Source: Camelus dromedarius
Lineage: Eukaryota
Length of the DNA: 64,000 bases
Assembly: GCF_036321535.1 (NCBI RefSeq)
Contig: NC_087437.1
Coordinates: 90,212,001 to 90,276,000, forward strand
Reading direction: 5' to 3'
Position 1 is the stretch's first letter, and each line of letters opens with the position of its first letter. The notes below the pieces were generated by a model, which made no database searches, was not told the DNA's origin, and saw nothing but the letters and a program-made list of their open reading frames with translations. Shown piece by piece: positions 38,250 to 50,560 of this stretch. A program made the translations under genes and the position numbers.

Positions 38250-40620
38250 CTTTAATCATACTTCCTTTTTCTCCAGCTCAATTTCTCCAATAACGTGACT
38301 TCAAAAAGTTAATTTAACTGCATATGGACCTATAAACCACCCACCTTTTCACTGTCACTCACTCCCACAAGTTCTCTTTTTCCCCATTATTCACTTCAGT
38401 GACACGGCTACCATCGTAATCACTACCTTGCATGTACCTTCAACTTCCTTGTCCCTTTCTCACTTCTGTCATACTTACTCAGCTAAATCCTAACCACAGT
38501 TAAACCTAACTCTAAATCCATCCCATGCCTGTACTCACACAGTTAAACGTGGCTAAAGAAAAGCACATAAATGAATATGCTATTTTCAGTAAGATTAGGC
38601 TCATCCACTTCAAGTGTACTTTTAATGCTTCAAATAAAAAAATATTGCACGTCCAGAATCTACTTTCTCTCCCATCCTACGAGTGAACTTTTTAACTTTT
38701 CAGTCTACATCAAAACTCCTCCACCTTCTCTACATCTTTTCTTTCACCTGAAAATCTTGCTTTCAAAGCCCTTAGACTATAAAATGAATTAGGAAGGATC
38801 TTCTACAAGCCACCACCACCTCGTCTCCTGCCATCCTGAATTTATGTCCATGCACTTAGATATCTTTCCTTAGTGAATGAGTGTTCTGTGCTCTAAACTT
38901 CAGGTTTGTGCTCCATGCCATTTGTGTTCTAGAATCCATCCCTTCGTGTCTGATCTAGGACATCATGGTGATAACCTATGTTGCTGTATGAAGGACATCA
39001 CCACTCCTTTAATCTGATCCTCTCTCTCCTATATCAACTATTTTTTTGTTGTTTTATTATAACAGCTTCAGACACACTTCTATTTCTCCTATCTATATCT
39101 ATTAAACTCACTCCACTTCAAATATTGCTCAATTTCTCTGTTATCTTTTCAGCAAAACTCTTTAAAAAATCTGTATTCACTATCTTTAATTCCTCTCTTC
39201 CCATTTTCTTTTTAACTCACAATGTCAATGAAATTGCTCTTGTCACACTTACCCATAGTCTTCACACTGTTAAATTCTATTTCCAATTCTCAGTGAATTG
39301 AAATTTCAATTCTATTTGACCTACTAATAGCACCTGGCCCAGCTGATCTTTTGCTCTGCCTTGAAACACTCCCTCTACGTGGCTTCTGTGACATCTCACT
39401 TTGCTGTTCTTTTGCTGCCTCACCAGTGGCTCCTTCTCTCATTCACCTTTGATACTTCCTCCTTAATTTTCTCTCTTTTCTCTCCTATAAACATTACTAT
39501 GTCTCAGAGCACAGACTTTGAACATAACCTCCTCTGATGTACATTCCTCCCTTGGTGATATCTGCCAGTTTCAAGGCTTTAATTACCATTTATATGATAA
39601 TGACTCATAAATTTTATCACCCATATGGGCCTCTTCTCAGCTCACATATCCAAGGGTTTATTCAACACTTCCATTAAGTGTCTATTAGCTATCTCAGACC
39701 TAATGTCGAAAATCAAAATTCTGATCTCCTCCAAACAATTCCATTTAATTTCCTCTCTCTTAACAAATGGCAACGTCATCCATATAGATGCTCAGATCAA
39801 AATCTCAGAGTCATTCTCAGCTTTCCTACTTTTCCTCATGTTCTTTATTCAGTCGGTCAGCATATCCCACTGGCCACATTTTCAAACTACGTCCAGAATC
39901 TAGTCACGTTCACCACCTCCATTGCAAGCATGTGGATGCACGTCACCACCATGTTTCTGTAAGATCCTTGCAGTAGCCTCTTAGTTGTGATAACTCTAGT
40001 TTACTGGCAACACAGCTGTCAGACTGATTTTGTCAAAATGTAAGTCAGGTCATGCTCCTCTTCTACTCAAAATCCTTCGGTGTCTTCCTATTTCATTAGA
40101 AAGAGCCCTTCAATGGCCCAGGGGAATCTATCAGATTAAACCATCATTCATTTTTACTTTACTATATCTTACTAAATTCTCCCTTATTCATTCAGCTCCA
40201 ACCATGCTGGCCTACTTGTCATTTTAAAATAGTCCATACACAATCTTGCCACAGAGTCTTTGCCTTTTAAGGTCCTCCTGACTACATCTTCTTCCTCCAA
40301 GTGTCCACATGTGACTCACTCCCTCACTTCCTGCTGGGTTTCATTCAAAATCACCACCTCAGTGAGTCCTTTTCTGAACACTAGTCTTCCCCCTTCCTCA
40401 TCTCTTTGGCACTTTTTTCAGCCTTCTTCCTGATTTTGCTGTCGTTGTTACTCTTCATACCACCTACTTTGCTCCATAAAATATATTTCACTTATCAGTT
40501 TGTCTAGTGTCTGAAATGTTTGTTAGGGCAGGGATTTTTGTCTCGTTTGTTCATGGCTGTATCTCCAGTGTCTGGAAGATAGGGGATTTATAAGTATTTT
40601 TTGACTGAATGGATGAATAA
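38250..40620 (+). mobile_element. Long L2 LINE (ORF2 3' half to 3' end), decayed
   Basis: Continuous C/T-rich L2 motifs (ccttgaaacactccctctacgtggcttc; ggctttaattaccatttatatgataatgactc; ggcagggatttttgtctcgtttgttca) ending in the L2 tail ttgactgaatggatgaat. Confidence 0.88.
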
Positions 40621-41154
40621 GCACAGGAGAAATGTTGGCTTAATCATAAAGAAACTCTTTATAACCATTAAAATAATAAAATTCAGTAACTGCAAACATA
40701 AATGTGGGAAGTCAGCCATATGATGATTGGTACTATTTTTCACTTCTTTCATTTTAGTGCTGCGACAGAGAGAAATCACCATTTGTATCACTACATAATA
40801 ATGAATCTCAAATAAATTTAAGAGTCTGTATTTAATATCATCCTTTTATTTTTTTTCTCATTTGAGAAAAGAAGCATTTTTATAGAAAGTTGTTTCAATA
40901 GAACTGTGCAAACAACTGCCTTTTTTCATAACAATAACTTGATTTTAAGTATTTTTCAGCATAAAAGTGAATATGATTTAAAATTGTATATAATAATATA
41001 CTTCTTTTTCATCAAGAAAACTGTAGAACAAGTTGTATATGCTCCTTAAGAGCAAGATTATTTTACGTGTTTGTTTTTCATGTTATATTTTTACTGCATT
41101 TAAAAAATATTGTTCTTCAAGTGAGTAAGCCATTTTTCTCTTTTCTGAAGCTGC

Positions 41155-41330
41155 TTTGTATGGTGGAAAGAACATCAGATTTTGGCTTAGAATCTGTCAT
41201 TCCTTTGCCTGACTCTGCCATTTTCTAGTCCTGTGACCTTGGATCATTCACAGGAAACTTTTTTTAAAATCTCATTTGTAAAATGAAGAGACATGCCCAG
41301 CCTTCCTCAATGGGTGGTTATGAGGCCAGA
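41155..41330 (+). mobile_element. MIR SINE
   Basis: gtggaaagaaca...actctgcca...ctgtgaccttgg...ctcatttgtaaaatg. Confidence 0.8.
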
Positions 41331-41714
41331 TAACTTACAACAGTGGTCTTTAATAAAATGTTGGATTAGTGTTGGCCAGTGTTAGGATATCCTTTGGTCT
41401 AGAGACATGACAAAAATAAGTATCAATGATAGGGTGCATGATTTTTAGATTAAAATTAATTATATAAGGGATTTTCTTTAATTTGCTATTAGGTATTTCT
41501 GATTTTTAGATGGTTTTCTTTTCTTTCCTTATAATTATTTAATTTTACTTTCGGATTTTATTTTTGATGAAATAAAACTCTGAAAACCCCATGTCAATCC
41601 CCTGATTTTATTTATTTTTAATTTAAAAGCTACTGTGAAGCTCCAAACTCTATGCATGATGAAGTTAATATAGTGCTATTCTAATTTTGACAACTTGTCC
41701 TAACAAGTTAAGAG

Positions 41715-41827
41715 TTAGAGTCAGAAGAGATGGTTATTCTTCTGGTTCTACCATTACCAAGCATTATGACCTGGGGTAACACACTAATGCTTTCCAGGCC
41801 TCCAGTTCTGTTTCTATGAAATGAAGG
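41715..41827 (+). mobile_element. MIR fragment
   Basis: gagtcagaaga...ggttctaccattacc...tgacctgggg...ctatgaaatgaagg. Confidence 0.65.
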
Positions 41828-43250
41828 AAACAAAATAAAGAATTATAGAAATTGATTCTTATTCAAAACTTAAAACTAAGCCAGAGTATGTCACATGCTA
41901 TCTTCATATTTCCTAACAAGTTTTTGAGTCATACTTCTGTGCCCTAAAAGACAGGAAGGCATTTTGATAATAAAACCTTCCATAAAATTTTATTATTATG
42001 GCACTTATTAGTATAGCAAATCTTTTACTGATCTCTGGTAATAAATGTTTTAAATAAATAAAAGCAGATACAAGATTATAACAAAACAAAACAAAAAACA
42101 AACTTATGCATTGATTTACCAAACAGCAGTATTCAAATAAGAGGATGAAGTCACTCTGAACTATTTTCCATCCAGCAGGCTATTTTTCTCAAGACCAACT
42201 GCTAATCATTCATCTCTTCAGATGACATTGACTTCTGGCCCAGGCACTGTGAGATTCTAAAGCTTCATATGGTGTTCCAATCAGAGTGATTGTGTAACAA
42301 AAAACATGAAAGAGTAACAGCAATTAACCTTCCCCAGCTTAAAATTCAAAAAATTGAAGACAAACTAGAAAGTTTGAATCCATAGGTCAGACATGGCAAT
42401 AATCATTTTCATTATTTTTTCCATGTTCATAGCTTATTGAAGGAACTTATACTTAATAAATATTTTCATAAAATTCATATTTGGGGTAGGAGCATTTAGA
42501 AAGAATCAATGCTTACATATGAGATTTTATTTCTCTTCTGCTTTAACCATGTTTATAGATATGTGTGGAATGAGTAGCAATGAGAAGATTACAGTGAATT
42601 TTATGCCCTGGACAAACAGCGGGGACCTGCTATTTGAGTTTTTTACTGTTTGCTGGATTCACATGAGGCTTGGTGGAGGACCAGAAATCACTCAGCTTCT
42701 TCTCACCATACCATGGCCAGCTTCATAGATTTGGAATGTTGATGCCAAAGAGTAAACAGAACATATGGCAAAACAGCATGGTCACACACGTATTAGCCAT
42801 AAAGCTTAAAAGGTCATATAAATAAAATAAAACTAGTTTTCCAAATAGAATATTTTAGGCAAAGTGGCGGTAATAACCTTGTACAAAATATTAATTACCT
42901 ACATCCCAAATACGAAACATGTAGAATCTATCACACACAAACCCCACCCTCACACAGGTATACACACATGCATATAGAGTTTAATTTCCTTCTTGGGTGA
43001 ATATGGTATATAAACCAGACACCCCAGACCTTAGGAAACTCAAGTAAAATCAAGATTTTCTTTGATTCTTAATGTAACTCTAAATATACTGGAAATTACT
43101 TGAAAATAGCCATCGTATAAAGTATGATGAAGGTTTAAAGAAATGATGAATTTCATGACTGAATGTGTCAATAGGATTGAATGCTTTATAAAAAATTTCA
43201 TCTCAGGCCAATAAATCTAGTGAATGATTTAGGAGTAGAATTTTTGAGGT

Positions 43251-43308
43251 AATTGTAAGAAGAAAGTAAAATTCTGCAAAATTGTAAGAAGAAAGTAAAA
43301 TTCTGCAA
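43251..43308. repeat. Perfect 29-bp tandem duplication
   Basis: aattgtaagaagaaagtaaaattctgcaa x2, identical copies. Confidence 0.97.
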
Positions 43309-46300
43309 TATATTAGGCAAAGCAGATTGACCCAAACCCTATGGTACTTGAAAAACTGTATTATTATTAAAGGGGGGTTGTGCTCCTTTTTCCCCAGAAA
43401 CCTAAGTCTCTTATGAAAAACTATTCTTTTGCCTGCAAATGAAATTACTGGTCCCAACATAATGAGAAAGACACCTTAGCAAATAATACATTGTATGACT
43501 GAAACATTTTAAAAATTAAAAACAAGGATAAAACTCAAAAGACAAATATAAACAGAAGTGTCAGAAAGAAAGAAATTTAAAATATTCATTTTCTACTTGA
43601 AACAGATGGTTTGCATTGATTTGGCCTCAAAAGAGAAAGAAAGTGAAATTGAGGGTTGTTAGGGCCATATGTCTCTCTTTTTGTTTTTGTCTTTTTTGTC
43701 ACATGGAATATAGTGATCCCAAGAGGAAAGTCCCAGTGGCATGTTATCTGACTCAGCGCACAAGAGATAGGGAAATGGTAAATCAACTATTCAAAATGGA
43801 CTCTCTCATCATGAAACTAACCAAAAGGTCCCAGTGGTGGGAAGCTACATCCTTTTTTAAACACATTTTTTCCTCAGATAGCAGATTTATGTTAATACTT
43901 TTATTGTGATATTAATTCTTCAACATATGAGACCAAGATTGAATAATTTACCTGATATTTTTGCATTATATTCTATATTTTAAAAACTAAATATCTAGCT
44001 TTTAAATTTGTTTATTTCAAGTAAAAAAAAGTAAATAGCCAAGTTTCAAGACAATATTTTATCTAAAAGTTACAGTATATATGAATAATTCTAGATAATT
44101 TTGTAGGTGTCCGTATTTCATCAGAATGTCTTATTAGTTGGTTTTAGAGGTAAGTATTCAAACTATTTACTAGTATTACATTTCTAGTTTTAATGTTAAT
44201 TATAATATTTTAAAAAAATTTCCTGAGCATTTGTATTTATTCTATTCATTAGCATGATGATATTGCTAGGTACTTTTTATTTCTAATTCAAAGTACCTTA
44301 TTTTATCATATTTTATCTTATTTAAGTATGAATACCTCCACTAGATTTTTGTTGATGCTGTGTGTTTTTTAAATGTTAAAATAGATGGCATAAAATAAAA
44401 TTTGATTCATTTAGTGGTATGGAAAATGAATTTTTACAAACTATGACTAGCAATATCATTAGGGAGTAGTTCAAAGAAAAATTGTAACATTCAAAATTAA
44501 GAGAATTATATATGAGTGAAAGAATGTTTTACTTCTTTTTTATATTTCACTTGAGTATTTGAAAAGAATTTTATGCCTCATAGAACATAGCTTTATTGAT
44601 TTTCTTTAATTTTAGTTTTCTTTATAATGGCCAGAAATTCTGGCAGCATGGCAGAGATGTCCAAGGGCTTGGAGTCATACAATCTGAATGTATGATCTTC
44701 GTAGGGTTTCGATGCCTAATTAATAATATGGGATTCAATGAGTTTTTATATTTTTGTGAGTATCAAATTACAGTATATATGCAAATGTGTATTAAAATTG
44801 TAACTGCTTTATACATTTGTGGTGTTCTTTGCTTAGATGAGATGCTTACATTGTATATGTTCAAGGAAACATCCATTAAAGGAATTACCAAAATTGACAA
44901 AGTTGACTATCAAAAATGTCAGTTTGTGAAGCATCTATTTCCCTCTTGATTAACAGAAATTATTAACTTAATAAAACTTCAATGTTTCAGTTTTGAAGGA
45001 AGGCTTCACATTATATTCAATTTAGTTTAATAAATATTAAAAAGAATTACAAATGTGCCACATGATGTTAAATCCTATTGAAAATCATTTGAATCTAAAT
45101 AGTTTCAAATTAAATAAAATTATTTGTATTAATGGAAATAAATGCAGTGTATCAGGTTGCTTCAATCTGCCATGGTTTTTTTCCAAAAATTTTTCCCTGT
45201 AACACAGAGCTCTCTGCCCTTTCTCTTTTACGTAGTAACCAATACTAACCAATTCATTCTCAGATGTCAGTTTAATTGTCACTTCTTCAGGGAACCCTTC
45301 CATCATATTCCAGACTAAGTCAGATCACCTTATTATAAATTTTAATAAAATTCACTGATAACATCTGTAAGTTCATTTTTTTTGTAAGTTTATCTAAAAC
45401 CTGTTTCCAATTCTGCCGACAAAAAGGTCCCTTATTTAACTCAACATTTCTTATGTGAATTGTACTGAAAGTTGGGAAGACAATTAAGAATCCTACTATG
45501 TAGAGAAATTTGCTTTTGTCTAAAATTACTTTATTAATTGCTGATTTTTCAACTGTACCCTAGATTGAGACAAAAAAAAGGATACATTTGTAACTCATTC
45601 AAAATACTTTCGAAAAGATAGTCGTTTACACCTTTCTTTAAATGTATTATGTTCCTTTGGTCTTCGTCTAGGTTACTTAATATTAAATCCCCATGCACAT
45701 TACTTGATAAAGAGAAATTCTTTAATACATTGTCAGATTTCTCTACATAATTAGAGGACTGCTGTTGATTACTGATGAAGAGCTGCTAGTTAGATTTTTA
45801 AATAGGTATTTTTATGCTTTAAGTTAACTAGCAATGTCAAGTCATTGATCCAAAGTGGGTTTTCCCCTCTATTTCCCCTTCAAAAATAATCTAGCTCTTC
45901 TACAATATTAAAGCAATAAAATTGCTGATTACCCAAAGGAATGTCATGAAAATAGATCATTAAACACAGTTCAATATGAAATGCCCAGTATCTGTTCCTG
46001 TATTTCTATCTTAATAAAATGATACCTGGTGTTTTAAAGACATATGCAGAAGCAGTTAAAACTTTGCAGTCTTGACTTTGCTTAGCTAGATCCTTTATAT
46101 AAGGGATACTTATTTTTTTCTCATCTTTAGCTGATGTGAAAGAGTCATTAAAAAACTGTATCACTTTAGTCTTGTCTTGCCCTAGTATTGTTTTTATTAG
46201 TAGTACCCCATGGTTAATAATGAGACATAATTATTAAAAATAAACCTATTCACCTGTCAGCCTTCTCTCATAGTCTGTATCTATCACCCATGCTATATAT

Positions 46301-46610
46301 CATATATTTAGTTGAAAGTGGCTTGTAAATTTTTAATTAAATAGCCGTAACATTATTTTTCCTCCTAGTATCATATTTAAATTCATTTTACAATTTAAAA
46401 CAATTCTAGGTTAGTGTCTCGAAGTTTGAAGAGTTTAACTCTGAGATCACAAAAACTCAGTGGGAAATAGCAAAAATTGTTATTTATGGCATATTTATCC
46501 ACCAACTCCATTCCCTATTGTTCGAAGGCCATCTCAACACCTCCAGACAGGTAGCACAACATAGCCCGAGAAAGAATCGAGTCATTTATGAATTCAGAAA
46601 GCCAGCTTAC

Positions 46611-46760
46611 TATTTTCTATTACGAGACTATTTTCTTCCAAACCTGAGGGCACAGAAAACAAATTACTGTTTGAAAAAGTTGACAATTTTGGCTCTATTA
46701 AGGTAGAAACAGCTACGTTCGAACATGTGGATGAATAAGAAAGTCTCTTCAGACTTAATG
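46611..46760 (-). other. Candidate 150-nt symmetric exon (unverified)
   Basis: Minus strand: ccgac-ttcctttctcttccttccag| ... gaaaata|gtaagc. Phase 1-1, one frame open across the exon; peptide not recognised. Confidence 0.3.
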
Positions 46761-47199
46761 CTGGAAGGAAGAGAAAGGAAGTCGGCAAAGCATGTATTTA
46801 TTATATGATACAAAGAAAGTAGTTTGGCAAAACTGAAGGCTCCAAATAGAAGTTAGTCTTCCCATTTAAAGTTTCACAGTGCTCTACATGATGTACTGTA
46901 ATTCGGAATCTTCCTCTCAGATATGATAGTTTGAAATGTGCCTTAAGGGAAAAAAATCCACAGATGTTATTTATAAGGAAAAGTATTCCAATAGATAGTA
47001 CATTTGTAACTAGAGAGGGGTAAATAACTCGGATATGTTACAACGAATAAAATACAATCTTTTATGTAATATTTTTGCTATAATGCAAGAAGTCACATTT
47101 TATCTTTGTAATCATAACATGTCATATTCAAGGTAATATGGAGTCTGGTCTTTCTTGTTATAACTTAAGTAGATTTTTTTTTTTTTTAAATAGGAGCCA

Positions 47200-47330
47200 A
47201 GCAGTATCTACTAGTGATCACTTAACACGTTCTGAATGCTGTTCTAAAGGCTTTATGTATGTTGTTTTATCTAATTCTCACTGATGATGAAATGCGTGGG
47301 TCAGAGAGGTTAAATAAAATGCCAGGAAAA
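47200..47330 (-). mobile_element. MIR fragment
   Basis: ctgttctaaaggcttta...atctaattctca...gatgatgaaat...tcagagaggttaaataa. Confidence 0.65.
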
Positions 47331-47360
47331 TACTGAGCAAAATTAGGTTTCATCCTATTT

Positions 47361-48212
47361 CAGTGGGTTACTGGAAACATCTTATACTGGCTTGTGAGAG
47401 CCAACTATTCAAATTTCAGGAATTTGTCTGACTTGTCAAAAACAAGCATTATTAAAAATTAAATGACACTAAAAGTAACATATAAGTTATACTTTAAAAG
47501 GCAATACATACTCAAAACTCATGATTTACTAATTAAATTTCTAAATTTTACTATTATCTATATTCTTGAGGTGTTTTATGACTGTTGTATGGACAAAATA
47601 CTATAGTGTTATTGCATATCTTTTTGCAACTCAGGATTCAGTAGCAGTGCCTTAGTAGCTTGAAATTGGCCATTTACAACCACAGAAACTGGCAAATATT
47701 ACAAACCAGGGCTGTACATACATTTTGTTGACTGTCTAAACTCTATACTTAAGAAAATAATGCAGATCAAATTTTAAAAGTCTCTGTAGCTGTTACACAG
47801 TGAATAGCACAAACATTGAGGATAGGTTCTCACAGTATTCAAAAACCATTATCCAATTCAGCAAGAAGTCACTCATATCACTGACTCAGGGCTGTAGTTC
47901 CAACATATGTCTTCTTTTTTCCAGAAACATTTCATCTATTAAATTAAAATTATCAGAGAACATCCTTATCAGAAGTATTCTTATTTGTAAAGTGCCCTAT
48001 GGTGTGGCTATGGGCACAAGAATTGGGCAAAAATTAACAAAAACATTCTGTGAGAACAAATTGGTCATATGCATTTTGCAATGACTAATATATATTTTAT
48101 TATTTTCTAAAAATTGTGTTATACATCCTTCATAATAAAATTTTTAATAATCTTATGTATGTATACATACACGTATTTTTTTTCCAGAGAACCAACTGTT
48201 AAAAACATCACT
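47361..48212 (+). mobile_element. MER63C/D-like hAT-Blackjack DNA transposon
   Basis: Starts cagtgggttactgga...actggcttgtgagagcca...aaatttcaggaattt; internal gtagcttgaaattggcc; ends ttccagagaaccaactgttaaa...cact. Matches the recalled MER63 consensus. Confidence 0.8.
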
Positions 48213-49569
48213 TATTTTCCCTCAAAGATGGTGTTTCACACAATGCTATAGTATCCTGCTTTAAAAAAAACTAATATAATATAATTAGGCCAACCCAAAA
48301 TGAATGATATTGAGGAACACAGACTAGAATTTTAAGTTGGCCTGGTAAACAAAAACCAAATGTTTATTGATTTATAATGAATCCAGCACACCAAAATTAG
48401 TTGTGAAATTTGAGGTTGGTCTGTCACATTCTGGACTTGCCACAGCCTACCCAGCTACAGTCCATCCGGAAGATGTAGAGACTGTGATATATTCAGCATT
48501 GGCATGTGCACTTACAGTCAGCTCTGAAGCTACACAGATCTGCTAGCAAAAATTAGTTTAAAAAGAAATTAATCGTAGAGAATCAATAGTTTCTAGATGG
48601 GCTGGCCATGCAAAGAAACATAGTCTGAGAAGGAAGCCCAAAGAAGAATCAGAGAATGAGGTCAAGCAAAACCACTGCCTATAACTAGGTGAGTAAAATA
48701 TATCCCAAAGAAGAAAGGAAAGAAAGCATTTTACCACTGATGTTGTAACAAGCATAGGATTTTTCAATCACAGTTTAACTAGACTATGAAGAAGTAGCGT
48801 TTTACCCATCATGTGTTGTAAAACATTAAGAGAACAATAGCATTTGGAAGAAACACACTTAAGATGAAGAGAAGTTCTTTCAACAGTCATTTCCCTCTAA
48901 TCAGCATGGCTGGACTGGGGAAAAGGGTGTTAAATGTTAGTTTTAGGTTTGGAGTTGATTTTTAATACTCAGAACACAGGTGTGGGGCTCAGAAGATAGG
49001 ATTAGAGAATGAATATGAAAGTCTTTGCTGAGTTTCTAAATCAAAATGAAAGAAAACACACTTCTATCATTTTCTGTCAACTACGGTTTGAAGAAGGGAG
49101 CAAAGAAAGGTCAGGCCCATAAGCAGACGCTTTAATGATGACAGATGGCAGAGAACCTATAAAATTCCTTCTCTCCCTTTTCCCTTCCATATTTCCCCCC
49201 CAGAACGAACAGGAAATTGGAAGTGAGAGAAAACATTTAAAAGTCAGGGACATTGTAAGAGAGACAGGAGATACTACTAAAACAATAGGCATTTTGAAGC
49301 ACTTACACATCTACAAAGTCATCTTCCAGATTATATTTTTTAAAAAAGAATGAAGGTTACAGATACAAACAGAGAGGCACTATTTTCAATTTTTGTTTGA
49401 AATCTCAGAAAAATATAAAAAGTTCCAAAAGATCAGAGATGCTAAAGTTTCTAATTTGCAAAGAGGACAAATGATAACCATTAGAAATTAGGAGAGGGTG
49501 ATCTTGATGTCATTACTGGGAAAAATTCTTAAATACAATAAGTCATTTCAAGAATGTGTTAATATGTTA

Positions 49570-49790
49570 GAGCACTGACACTGGGGTCAGTGAGACCTGT
49601 ATTTAAATCCTGTGCTGCTGTTTATTAGCTATAATATTGCAAAATAGAATTGCCTCCCTAAATCTTACTTTCCTCAACTCCAATATAAGGATTACGGTTA
49701 TGAGAAAATTAAATAATATATCATGAATGAGAAGATTAAAGATAATATTGTATGTGAATCACCTGGTATGACATCATAGTTAACAGTTAA
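49570..49790 (+). mobile_element. MIR SINE
   Basis: agagcactgacactggggtcag...agacctg...aaatcctg...gagaagattaaagataat. Confidence 0.75.
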
Positions 49791-49822
49791 AGGATTAGGT
49801 TTCATTACTGACTCCATATGTA

Positions 49823-50029
49823 CAGTTGACCCTTGAGTGGTGTGGGGTTAGGAGCTCTGATCCCCGTGCAGTCAAAAATCTTTAGAGTTGAACCTCTGTA
49901 TCCACAGTTCCATATCTGTGGATTCAACCAACCTCAGACTGTGTAGTACTGCAGTAAATATTTTTTGAAAATCATCCATATGTAAGTGGACCTCCATAAT
50001 TCAGACCCAAGTTGTTCAAGCATCAACTG
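49823..50029. mobile_element. MER8-like TcMar-Tigger MITE
   Basis: TIRs cagttgacccttga / tcaagcatcaactg, TA target duplication (49821-22, 50030-31), internal ggattcaaccaacc and taagtggacc motifs. Confidence 0.88.
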
Positions 50030-50359
50030 TACATAGATAGATAGATAAATGCTTCTAGGCAGATCTATATATATAAATATTTGTTTCTATCTAGATTGGT
50101 CTATATATCTACACATTTATAATATATACATGTATATTATATATATGTGTGTGTGTGTGTTTGTACATACAAAGATCATGGTATCATATAACTATAAAGA
50201 TAAAAATAGTAATAATCTTCTGAAATCATGTTATATTTTAAAAACTGATTTAACACATATATTTGTTTTTTATTTTATCATTACTTTATCAAAATATCTG
50301 TGTAGGGTGTATTTTTTCTATTTAAATAGATGTGGCAACTCTTGGAGGAGCAAAGTGGG

Positions 50360-50560
50360 AGACAGCTTTGTGCACTAGAAGATTCCCTGGACATCGGGAT
50401 GTTTTATTCCCGATTCTGCATGTGTAAACTATGATTTTTGATACGTTATTTAACTCTCTGAGTTTCAGTTCCATACTATTGAAGGGGAGTAACAGTGACT
50501 AATTCACAGGGGTTTTGTGAAAATAAATTTGAAGACTTTATACAAAAGTACTTTTTATAC
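50360..50560 (+). mobile_element. MIR SINE
   Basis: gttatttaactctctgagtttcagtt...cacaggggttttgtgaaaataaat. Confidence 0.7.
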
